From: Planktothrix sp. GU0601_MAG3 | GTDB taxonomy: Bacteria; Cyanobacteriota; Cyanobacteriia; Cyanobacteriales; Microcoleaceae | DNA length: 64,000 bases | NCBI GenBank assembly: GCA_035193785.1 | Contig: CP136572.1 | Location: 2,100,578-2,164,577, forward strand | Reading direction: 5' to 3' | Part shown: piece after piece, positions 38,977-49,411 of the stretch | Numbering within the stretch: the stretch's first letter is position 1 | Layout of the letters: the number at the start of each line of letters is the position of its first letter | The notes under the pieces: generated by a model | Databases searched by the model: none | Told to the model about the DNA's origin: nothing | Seen by the model: only the letters and a program-made list of their open reading frames with translations | Program-made: the position numbers and the translations under genes

Positions 38977-39037
38977 GTAGGGGCGGGTTCATCGAGATGC
39001 GCGGTGATTACAAAGATCTAAAATAACCCGCCCGTAC
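38977..39037. repeat. GTAG-family long REP palindrome
   Basis: GTAGGGGCGGGTT...AACCCGCCCGTAC flanked by TCAGTTA/TCAGTCA heptamers. Confidence 0.75.
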
Positions 39038-39057
39038 CAGTCATCAGTCATCAGTTG

Positions 39058-39097
39058 ATAGTTAATAGTTAATAGTTAATAGTTAATAGTTAATAGT
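39058..39097. repeat. STRR heptamer (ATAGTTA)n
   Basis: About 5.5 perfect copies. Confidence 0.85.
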
Positions 39098-39172
39098 GGA
39101 AGAGTGAATTGATGAACGAATAATGAATTCCGGGGTAATTACCCATTCTCTCCCAACAACCGTTAAAATCAG

Positions 39173-39311
39173 AAGTTGAGGTGCGAGGAAAGCCAGGGAT
39201 TAATTCTTGCGTCCTTTGGGTAAACTGTTGATTAAATCTACAACTGAAGCGGTAGACCTGCCCCGCTTCCCCTGGGAGATGCCACTAGAGCCTCTCAATT
39301 GATTAAACTTT
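39173..39311 (+). ncRNA. putative short 6S RNA (SsaA)-like RNA
   Basis: TAAAAT -10 box at 39164; ordered blocks GAGGAAAG, TTCTTGCGTC, GAAGCGG-tagacctgcc-CCGCTTC hairpin, GATGCCA, CTCTCAA recall cyanobacterial 6S RNA; ends AAGTT/AACTT can pair. Similarity recalled, not computed. Confidence 0.45.
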
Positions 39312-39339
39312 AGGTAGGATATCTATTAAAACTGAGTTA

Positions 39340-40831
39340 ATGAATTTTTTATCTTTGCGATTAACAATATTTGGACTGTTGACCATTGGAGCCTTAATTC
39401 GTGTTCCGGTTGCCAATGCTAACCTCTCAAAAACCATCTATCCTGTCCCCCCATCCTCCTTTTCCCCTAGGGATTTAGTCTCTAATCACAGTCTTGATTC
39501 TCCCCTAATTTTGGCGGCTGATAAAACAGAAGAAGAAACCAATATTAAGGTCTATGAAAAGGCGAGTCCCGCCGTGGTTTCCATTGATACAAAAAAAACC
39601 AATGGCAGTGGAGCGATTATTAGTTCCGATGGCCTAGTGTTAACCAACGCTCATGTAGTATCTGGCGGAGGTACCGTCACCGTCACCCTAGCCGATGGCC
39701 GCAAGTTAGAAGCTGATGTTATCGCCTTTGGGGAGCCCGGACTCGATTTGGCCGTGCTGAAAATTCGCAATGTTCAAAACTTACCCACCATTTCCATCGC
39801 CAGTCCCAATTCGGTGAAAGTGGGTCAAAGGGCTTTTGCCATTGGTAATCCCTTTGGCCAATTCCAAAACACCTTAACCGTAGGAATTGTTAGTCGTTTG
39901 GACACAAACCGTAATTTAATTCAAACGGATGCAGCAATTAATCCGGGAAACTCCGGTGGCCCCCTACTCAACAGTGCTGGGGAATTAATTGGGGTGAATA
40001 CGGCGATTTTTACCCGGGGTCAGGGCGGGGGAAATATTGGTATTGGTTTTGCCATTTCCGTTGACCGGGTTTCCGCCATTTTTGCAAGAAGTGAAGGAGG
40101 GACGGGCATCTCGCACCCCGGCGACGGAAACCCCGGCTTTTGAAAAAGAAAATGCCAAACAAATTCAATTAAATGGCCCGGAAGTTACGGATACTTTGAA
40201 ACAGGGGGATGAAGTTTTACCCGTTGATAATAGTTTTTATCATGTTTATGCCTTTGAGGGAAAAGCGGGTCAACAGGTCACTATAGAAATGAATAGTAAT
40301 GAGGTGGATTCCTATTTAATTTTGTTAACAGAAGACGGAGACGAGTTGGCTCAAGATGATGATGGCGGGGGAGAGAAAAACGCCAAAATTGTCGCCACTT
40401 TACCAAAGGATGGAACTTATATTTTATTAGTTAATTCCTATGAAGCAGGAGAGGCGGGAGTCTATCGTTTACGCTTAAAAGCAACAGAATCCTCCCCTAA
40501 TTCGCCAACGGGTCAACTCATTTTAAATGAAAAAGGAGCCTTAGAAAATCAGGATTCTGTTTTGTCATCCGATGGCAGTTTGTATGATGAGTATACTTTT
40601 GAGGGAAAACAGGGACAGTCTATTTTAATTCGCTTAGAAAGTCAGGATTTTGATTCCTATTTGGCATTATTTGATTCCAAGGGAAAATTAATAGCTGAAA
40701 ACGATGATGCTAGTCAATCTGATAAAAACGCAGAAATTCGGGTGACTTTACCCGCCACGGGTAGGTATAGAGTGGTGGTCAATGCTTATGATAAAACAGG
40801 TCGAGGTCAGTATTTATTAACTGTCCGTTAG
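39340..40831 (+). CDS. secreted HtrA-like trypsin protease with two PPC domains (apparent +1 frameshift at ~40069)
   Basis: Signal peptide; LTNAHVV, DLAVL, TDAAINPGNSGGP triad; two Y.FEG..GQ.V.I...S..D.YL...DD PPC domains; no PDZ. Confidence 0.88.
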
Positions 40832-40881
40832 CGACCCCATAATTCCACTTACCTGATGCTGAAGTTTCCCCCCTATCCCCC

Positions 40882-41024
40882 CAGGGCTGTTTCATTCTCA
40901 GGGAAACCAGGGTTTTGTAGGGGTAGTGCCCCCGTGCCTACCCTCCCCATCCAAGATTTGCAGGCGTTTCAGGGATTGGGGCAACCACGGGGGGATTGCC
41001 CCTACAAAGAATGAAACAGCCCTG
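40882..41024. mobile_element. MITE, 143 bp, 17-bp TIRs, 10-bp target-site duplication
   Basis: TIRs CAGGGCTGTTTCATTCT / AGAATGAAACAGCCCTG; CCTATCCCCC direct repeats at 40872-40881 and 41025-41034. Confidence 0.9.
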
Positions 41025-41034
41025 CCTATCCCCC

Positions 41035-41066
41035 ATTCGTAATTCGTAATTCGTAATTCGTAATTC
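41035..41066. repeat. STRR heptamer (ATTCGTA)n
   Basis: More than four copies. Confidence 0.8.
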
Positions 41067-41086
41067 CCCACCATATCGAGGTTTTT

Positions 41087-41675
41087 ATGCGATCAATGTT
41101 AATCTGGACAACAACAATGGGTGTATTGGCGGTGTTTCAGACCCCATTATTCGATGTCCTCAACATCTCTAGTTCCCATCCCTTGAGGGGTTTTGTCCTT
41201 GAAAAAGCCGTCGCCCAGGAAACCCCTAATCCTCAACCCTCAGATAGTCCTGAACCCCCAGTACCTGACCCAGTACCTGACCCAGTACCTGACCCAGCAC
41301 CTGACCCAGTACCCTCTCCAACACCCTCGACCGCACCTACCCCTCCGGCATCTGCTCCCCTATTATTAGAAAAGCCAGGTGAAACTCAAGGAGGGAGATC
41401 AGGTTTTAGCATCTGATAAAAGTTTGTATGATGAATATACCTTTGAAGGAAAAGAAGGTCAGCAAATCACCATTTCCTTAGAAAGTTCTGAGTTTGACGC
41501 CTATCTTGCCCTGTTTAATTCAGATAATGAATTACTGCAAGAACACGATGATATCAGTCAAACCAATTCCAATGCTGAAATTACGATAACTTTGCCCAAA
41601 ACCGGAACCTATCGAGTGATTGTTAATGCTTATGATAGTAAAGGTAGAGGAAAATATTTACTCAAAATCAAGTAA
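41087..41675 (+). CDS. secreted PPC-domain protein with Pro-rich linker (apparent +1 frameshift at ~41381)
   Basis: Signal-like N-terminus, (PVPD)n linker, one PPC domain closely similar to the last PPC of the upstream protease. Confidence 0.8.
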
Positions 41676-41706
41676 ATAAGGGAGGCGTACCCAGGGTGCG
41701 TCTCTA

Positions 41707-42054
41707 CTACAAGGCAATACTTTCTAATAGTACCCAACGGCGATTATCAATAATTAATTGACTGATTTGTTCAAAGATTTCTCGACAGTGATTATGGCTT
41801 TGTAGGGGTAGGGATTCATTTTTAATAAAAACCGTCATTTTAGTTTCATCTATCATGGAAGTAGCGGTGTCAAACACGATTTCAGCAATCACTAATTGAT
41901 TCACGCTCACTTGACCAATATTTTCCCTGGCAATAATAGAACTCGGTGTTTGATAGGTAATTTCTAGGTTACAGGATTCTAAAATATCAATCATCATCGG
42001 TCGGAGATCTTCGAGACCGACATTAACAACAAAAAATCCGGTGTATCGGGCCAT
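41707..42054 (-). CDS. conserved cyanobacterial hypothetical protein
   Basis: MARYT...ILESC..EI.YQ...IARE..GQV...LV..E...KNESLPLQ..NHC. Confidence 0.7.
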   Translation of the reverse strand: MARYTGFFVVNVGLEDLRPMMIDILESCNLEITYQTPSSIIARENIGQVSVNQLVIAEIVFDTATSMIDETKMTVFIKNESLPLQSHNHCREIFEQISQLIIDNRRWVLLESIAL

Positions 42055-42157
42055 AGGGAACTCCATCAAGTGCAAGAATTAATTTAGTTAGAGCTTAATC
42101 CATTCCAGACCTTATCATATTTATACAACATTTTGAATGCCAAGAGATAATTAACAG

Positions 42158-42803
42158 ATGCAGGGAAAATTAATTGTTTTTGAAGGAGTTGAAGGAGGGG
42201 GGAAAACCACTCAAATGCAACGTATCCAAGGGTGGTTACAAGGTCTGATAGATACCCCTGTGATCATTACACGGGAACCTGGCGGCACGCTATTAGGCCA
42301 GGAGTTGAGACGGTTATTGTTAGAATATCAGGGGGAGGAAACCCATCGAAAATCGGGCGGAATTATTAATGTATGCCGCCGACCGCGCCCAACACGTTGA
42401 GGGATTTATCAAGCCTTTATTATATCAGGGAAATATTATTTTGTGCGATCGCTACACCGATTCAACGATCGCCTATCAAGGCTATGGTCGAGGTTTAGAT
42501 CTAAATTTAATTCATCAGTTAAATCAAATTGCCACCCAGGGGTTAGAAAGTGATTTAACCCTATGGTTAGATATTGATGTGGAAATCGGACTCGCCAGAA
42601 CTCGAAATCGAGGTAAAATGGATCGCATGGAACAAGCTAATTTAGAATTTCATCAGCGTGTACAACAGGGATTTGAACAATTAGCCCAAGCCCACCCAGA
42701 CCGAATTATACCGATTAATGGGATGTTAAATATTGATCAAGTCACAGAGACAATTCAATTAATTTTAACTCAAAAATTAACAGCCTGGGGATTCGCAATT
42801 TAG
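42158..42803 (+). CDS. tmk: thymidylate kinase (apparent +1 frameshift at ~42338)
   Basis: FEGVEGGGKTTQ, TREPGGT, YAADRAQH, LCDRYTDSTIAYQGYGRG. Confidence 0.95.
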
Positions 42804-42818
42804 GGTGATCAAAATAAA

Positions 42819-43782
42819 ATGAATACCTTTTTTGACCAATTGATCGAACAACAAGCTGCCATTGAGTTATTAACCCAAACTGTAGCCCAAAATCGCCTTG
42901 CTCCAGCCTATTTGTTTGCTGGAGTTGATGGTATTGGTCGGACATTAACTGCTAACTGTTTTATTGAATTTCTATTTTGCCAAAATCCCGATAAACCCGT
43001 CAATCAAAAACAAATTCACTCTCGTATTCAACAGAAAAATCACCCCGATATTTTATGGGTAGAAACCCACCTATTTACATCAGGGAAAACGACTTTCTAC
43101 CAAGGAAGCTACAGAAGCCGGAGTTAAACGGAAAGCCCCCCCGCAAATTCGGATTGAACAAATTAGAGAAATTGGTCAATTTTTGAGTCGTCCTCCCCTA
43201 GAAGCCTCTCGGTTAATGGTAGTAGTTGAACACGCGGAATCCATGCCGGAATCTGCTGCCAATGGGCTTTTAAAAACCCTAGAAGAACCGGGAAAAGCCA
43301 CAATTATTTTAATAGCACCCGGCATTGATTCTTTATTACCAACCTTGGTTTCTCGCTGTGCTAAAATCCCCTTTTATCGGTTAACTGATGGGGGGATGAT
43401 TCAGGTGCTAAAACGCCATAATTTTGAGGATATTCTATCCCATACGGAAATTTTAGCCATGGCACAAGGAAGCCCAGGACAAGCCATTTCCCATTGGCAA
43501 CAATTACAAACTATTCCTGTAGAATTTTTAAATAAAGTCAAAAAGCCCCCCTCTAATTTAAGATCGGCTTTAGAGTTAGCCAAGGAAATTAGCCAAACTT
43601 TAGACAGTGAAGCGCAACTTTGGTTAGTTGATTATTTACAACATTGTGATTGGCAAGAACAACAAAAAACCGGAATTATTGATCAAACTTTCTTGAAACA
43701 GTTAGAAAAAACCCGACAATATTTATTAAGTTATGTTCAACCTCGGTTGGTTTGGGAATGCACATTAATGAGTCGATTTTGA
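42819..43782 (+). CDS. holB: DNA polymerase III subunit delta' (apparent +1 frameshift at ~43062)
   Basis: APAYLFAGVDGIGR, NHPDILWVEP, PQIRIEQIREI, AANGLLKTLEEP, LLPTLVSRC; follows tmk. Confidence 0.93.
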
Positions 43783-43819
43783 AAATATAGGAAATAGGAA
43801 ATAGGCAATATAATTCTTT

Positions 43820-46061
43820 ATGAATAAAACATTTTTAAATCAACAATTTAGTTTTCTCTTGAAACCTAGTGGAAATCTAAAATCAGCAAGGGCTTTGCGA
43901 TTAACTATTGCCTTATCTGTTGCGTTAGCCGTTGGAAAATTAACTGGTCATTCTGATATTGGTTTTTATGTGGGTCTGGATAGCTTATTTTTTCTGTTGA
44001 GTGATACTGAGGGATTTTATTGGACTAGGGCTATTTCTCTATTATTTACGGTTTTGGTTTCCACTTTATTTGTTGCTTTGGCGACCTTGGTTTCACATAT
44101 TTTATTACTCAAACTCATATTTTCATTTTGTAGTTTATTTTTAGTGGGCTATATGAGTTTATATGGACACCCAGGAGTTTTGTCTGGAATAGTAATTGGT
44201 TTGTTTACTTTATTTACCCTAAATCTACCCTCTGGAGGTTGGGAAATTGTCAGTGAAAGAGTTATTATTTGTCTAATATCTGGAACTTGGACAATGATAT
44301 TATGTTTAGGTATTTGGCCAGTAAATCCCTATCTTCCCTTAAAAAAATCGATTAGTCAGTGTTATAAAGCTATTGCAAAATATATTAATCAAGCTAAAAA
44401 TATATCTGAATGTCAAGAATTAAAACGAGTTATTCAACTGCGAGAAACCCTACATAATGCCCGCCAAGCCTGGACATTAGACCGCAAATTAAAATTAGGA
44501 AATACGAGGTTAGGGGAATCAGCTATTATTTTAATTCAGGATGCGGATAATTTAATCACATCCATTGTTACGGTGATAGAATTAGTCCAGCTTCATCAAC
44601 ATGATTCCCAATTTGTGACCGTCCGTATTTTAGTTAATAATGCCTTAGAAGAAATTGCCTCTTTTTGTCTAAGTTTAGTCAAACTTTTGTTGGATAAATC
44701 GGTTTCTGTTGATACGAATTACCTACAATCTATTGTAACAGCGATCGCCCAACAAAAACAACTCCAACAAAAAACCATAGCCGATCATGCTGAAGATTAT
44801 CCGGCTTTGGTTGTCATAGAACGCATTATTTCTACCTTAGAAACTATTATTATTCAATTAGATTCTACCGCATCCACCGTCATTCAAATCAAAAATAATA
44901 AATCAATTAATCGTATCCCAAAAGACAAAATTTTATCGGCAGAATCAGAATTATTGTCAGGAAGTAAAACCCCATCTTGGTTTGATCCTTTACGAGATAA
45001 TTTCACCTTTGACTCCAGCTTTTTTCGCCACGGACTCCGATTAAGTATTATGACCACGATTGGAGTAGCTATTTATAGTATAGCAGAACTTCCCCAAGGA
45101 AATTGGTTAACCATTACAATTTTAGTGGTCTTACAGCCTAGTTTTGGCAATACCTTTCAACGATTTTTTCATCGGATGTTAGGAACAATTTTAGGCGCGA
45201 TAATTACCCCTATTTTTTGGATACTAATTCCCAGTCAATTAATTTTACAAACCATTAGTTTAAGTTCAATTGTGATCGGATTTTCTTTAATTCCTTTTCA
45301 TTATGGTTTATCTGTATTTTTTATCTCTATATTTGCCATTGGAAACAGAAATGAGTAGACAGGGGGGAGATTGGCAAGTCGCAATGATTCGTTTTCTCTG
45401 GACTTGTGTGGGGGCAGCCTTAGCTTTTGTGGGGGCATTTTTGTTATTTAGACCGAACGAAAAAGAACAGTTATCGGTTAAATTAGTGAAAGCAATTTCT
45501 GCCTCTTTAGATTACTTTAATGCGGTTTTATCGGTTTATTTAGGAACCGTTCCATACGATTTAAACCTAATTATTAAACAAAGACAAAAAACCCGTTTAG
45601 CCTATTTTAATGCCCAAGCAGCCCTACAACAGTTAAGTAGTGATCCGAATACCTCGGCTACGGATATTGAACCGAAAATGGCACTATTAATTTATTTACA
45701 TCGATTTAGTCGTTCTGTGAGTGTTTTATTCGCACAACTTGAGCATTTTAGTGGCACTGAACCCCATCCTGAATTAGCGAATTTTGTTGAACAGGTCAAT
45801 CAATTTTTTCTACCTCTGATTGGCTGTGTTTTAACGGGAACTTTACCGCCTACCTTACCCACTTTTGAACCTTCAATTCAAGCCATACAAACCCACCTAC
45901 AAACCTTACAAGTAACTCGTCTACAAGAATTTGCCACCGACCAAAACTATACCCCTACCCGTCAAATTTTAAAGGATTATACAATTCTAGGCATCGAACT
46001 CAATCAAATGCTTAATTCCCTCAATTCTATTGATTCTACCGTGGCGCGTTTAAACCAATAA
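43820..46061 (+). CDS. FUSC/YccS-family membrane transporter (apparent +1 frameshift at ~45342)
   Basis: N-terminal TM bundle, FRHGLRL, GNWLTITILVVLQP...RMLGTILG. Confidence 0.85.
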
Positions 46062-46089
46062 AAAACCCCTCAAATCAAATCGAGGGGGC
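46060..46089 (-). terminator. intrinsic terminator between convergent genes
   Basis: AAAAAAACCCCTC...GAGGGG hairpin; T-tail on the minus strand. Confidence 0.6.
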
Positions 46090-46166
46090 ATCATTTAGAA
46101 AAATATATTATTAACAGTTTGATTTCAAATTAATGAATCCATTCGGGTATCGCTTCTTCTTTCGTA

Positions 46167-49100
46167 TTAGTCCGACGTTTCCGGGGTTTCACGCACAAAC
46201 TTCAGATGGACAGAACGGGTTTGTTCTCCATCGGCGGCTACGGCGAAAATCGGGAAGTCGAGTAAACCATCTTGGAAAGACATCTGTAAACGGAATGTAC
46301 CATCGGAGTTCAGTTTAATCGGACGTCCACCAATGGTTAAGTTGGCGCTGGGTTCGGTCGCGCCATAGACAATTAGTTCAGCATCCGCTACTAACCAGAA
46401 TTCCCGAGGGCGAATGGGAGGCATGGAAGCACCCATCCCAATACCGGACATTCCCATCCCGGACATTGTGTAGCCGAATCCAGCCCCGGACTCCGTATAA
46501 CCAACACCGGATTGACTATAACCAACACCTGATTGACTATAACCAACACCTGATTGACTATAACCAACACCAGACTGGGTATAACCTAATCCAGCCCCGG
46601 ACTCCGTATAACCAACACCAGATTGACTATAACCCACACCGGATTGACTATAACCAACGCCGGATTGAGTGTAGCCAACACCAGACTGGGTATAACCAAC
46701 ACCAGACTGGGTATAACCTAATCCAGCCCCGGACTCCGTATAACCAACACCGGATTGACTATAACCAACACCGGATTGACTATAACCAACACCGGATTGA
46801 CTATAACCTAATCCAGCCCCGGACTCCGTATAACCAACACCAGATTGACTATAACCAACACCTGATTGACTATAACCAACACCTGATTGACTATAACCAA
46901 CACCTGATTGGGTATAACCTAATCCAGCCCCGGACTCCGTATAACCAACACCAGATTGACTATAACCAACACCAGACTGGGTATAACCAATACCCGATTG
47001 GGTATAACCTAATCCCACCCCGGACTCCGTATAGCCCACACCGGATTGACTATAACCAACACCAGACTGGGTATAACCAACGCCAGATTGACTATAACCA
47101 ACACCAGACTGGGTATAACCTAATCCAACACCAGACTCCGTATAACCAACACCAGATTGACTATAACCAACACCGGATTGGGTATAACCAATACCCGATT
47201 GGGTATAACCTAATCCCACCCCTGACTCCGTATAGCCCACACCGGATTGACTATAACCAACACCAGATTGACTATAACCAACACCAGATTGACTATAACC
47301 TAATCCAATCCCGGACTCCGTATAACCCACACCGGATTGAGTGTAGCCAATACCTGATTGGGTGTAACCAACACCAAGACCGACACCAGACAGGCCAATA
47401 CCCGATTGGGTATAACCTAATCCAATCCCGGACTCCGTATAACCCACACCGGATTGAGTGTAGCCAATACCTGATTGGGTGTAACCAACACCAAGACCGA
47501 CACCGGAGAGGCCAATACCAGACTGGGTATAACCTAATCCCACCCCGGACTCCGTATAACCCACACCGGATTGAGTGTAGCCAATACCTGATTGGGTGTA
47601 ACCAACACCAAGACCGACACCGGAGAGGCCAATACCCGATTGGGTATAACCTAATCCAATCCCGGACTCCGTATAGCCCACACCGGATTGAGTGTAGCCA
47701 ATACCTGATTGGGTGTAACCAATACCAAGACCGACACCAGACAGGCCAATACCCGATTGGGTATAACCTAATCCCACCCCGGACTCCGTATAGCCCACAC
47801 CGGATTGAGTGTAGCCAATACCTGATTGGGTGTAACCAATACCAAGACCGACACCAGACAGGCCAATACCCGATTGGGTATAACCTAATCCCACCCCGGA
47901 CTCCGTATAGCCCACACCGGATTGAGTGTAGCCAATACCTGATTGGGTGTAACCAATACCAAGACCGACACCAGACAGGCCAATACCCGATTGGGTATAA
48001 CCTAATCCAATCCCGGACTCCGTATAACCCACACCGGATTGAGTGTAGCCAATACCTGATTGGGTGTAACCAATACCAAGACCGACACCAGACAGGCCAA
48101 TACCCGATTGGGTATAACCTAATCCCACCCCGGACTCCGTATAGCCCACACCGGATTGAGTGTAGCCAATACCTGATTGGGTGTAACCAATACCAAGACC
48201 AAGACCAAGACCGACACCGGAGAGGCCAATACCCGACTGGGTTTGTCCAACACCGGAAGTGGTGTAACCCAAACCGACACCAGACTGAACTTCACCAACT
48301 CCAGAAGCCCAAATTCCCACGCCGGAGGGGAAAATAAAAGAACTCACGGCCTCTTGGGGTTTAACAACTTGGTGCATCGAACCAAAGAGGGAACCCGCAA
48401 TCCGTTTAGCTTCTGCTTCCTTGGATAAACCAAATAGGTCGCTATGAAACCCCGGCGAGGACATAGGATTTTGTGGGTATGGGGAATTCGTGGAAGGTTT
48501 TCCCTTGTAATTCCTCGTCCCAAGAAACGGTAATAAACTGGTCGTCAATCCATTCTGCGGGATAAACTGGAGGAATCCGAGTCGCCGCAGAACGAGCTAA
48601 TTCTAACCAACGACCGTCAACACAGCGATAACCAATTTCAACAACATAGTCGCGATCGCTTACCGGAATCGGTAAATACCATTCCCGCGCTAACTCATCA
48701 CAGGGATATTCTTGAATACTATGGGGACTTTGAGAGTCCAAATCAATATCAGTAATATCATAAATCCGCAGGGCTAACTGTTGTCCCCCTTGGCGGCGAA
48801 ACATTTCCTTCTGTTCGTTAGAAACATCCCAGTAAGTATAGGCTGATTCAGGATCTCGGGGCATCATCACAATCTGGCTTTCACCATACCCACCGGGTAA
48901 GTCAGCTAAACCTTCATCCACGGAGGATAGGGAATCAGCTATCTGATAGTTTTGACCGACTAGAGAAAACTTTGCAACTTCCACTTCTTCTTGTGCCTCC
49001 AATGCGCGAGATGGATTAGGGGTTCCAAACTTCTGACTTTCGATTTCCTCAATAGCTTCTAAAAGCTGAGATTTACGCATTCGACTATAGCGAGAAATGC

Positions 49101-49170
49101 CATATTCACTTGCTACCTTGCGAAGTTGTCGCAGTGTCATATTTTCTAAAGGTGGGCGTTCCTTTGACAT
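46167..49170 (-). CDS. Rho_N + DUF4912 protein (~1000 aa) with greatly expanded SG[VIA]GY[TS][QE] repeat region (apparent +1 frameshift at ~48446)
   Basis: MTLRQLRKVASEYGISRYSRMRKSQL (Rho_N-like), LPGGYGESQIVMMPRDP..AYTYWD (DUF4912), C-terminal FWLVADAELIVYGATEP. Confidence 0.88.
46440..48330 (-). repeat. hierarchical coding tandem repeat (21-bp units; 117-bp super-units x8)
   Basis: About 83 SG[VIAM]G motifs counted by hand in the translation. Confidence 0.95.
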
Positions 49171-49411
49171 AAAAGAGTGATCTCCATTGGCTTAAACAGC
49201 AGATTGATAACTCTGTGGAAATTCTTCGGGATCATGGGGATCGCTTGATTACTCACCATATTGCAGAAAATATTAAGTTTGGTCAAGGGGTAAATGGATA
49301 TTGATGAGTAAATATACACAGTTTTGGGGATTTCGGGGATCATTATGTGATGAAACCCTGACATTTGAGGGTAAAAAAAACCTCTTTGGGGATCAAAGAG
49401 GGAAATTTCCG

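Noticed and set aside
39180..39300. Cobalamin riboswitch (AGACCTGCC and GCCACT words present)
   Set aside because: Elements are in the wrong order, the GGGAA/B12-box architecture is missing, and the downstream gene is unrelated to B12.
46440..48330. Canonical InaZ ice-nucleation protein
   Set aside because: Period is 7/39 aa rather than 8/16/48; no AGYGSTxTA consensus, TxT ladder or outer-membrane anchor.
46466..48337. 623-aa plus-strand ORF (YNQHRID repeats)
   Set aside because: Antisense shadow of the repeat array; the minus-strand frame is continuous with conserved flanking domains.
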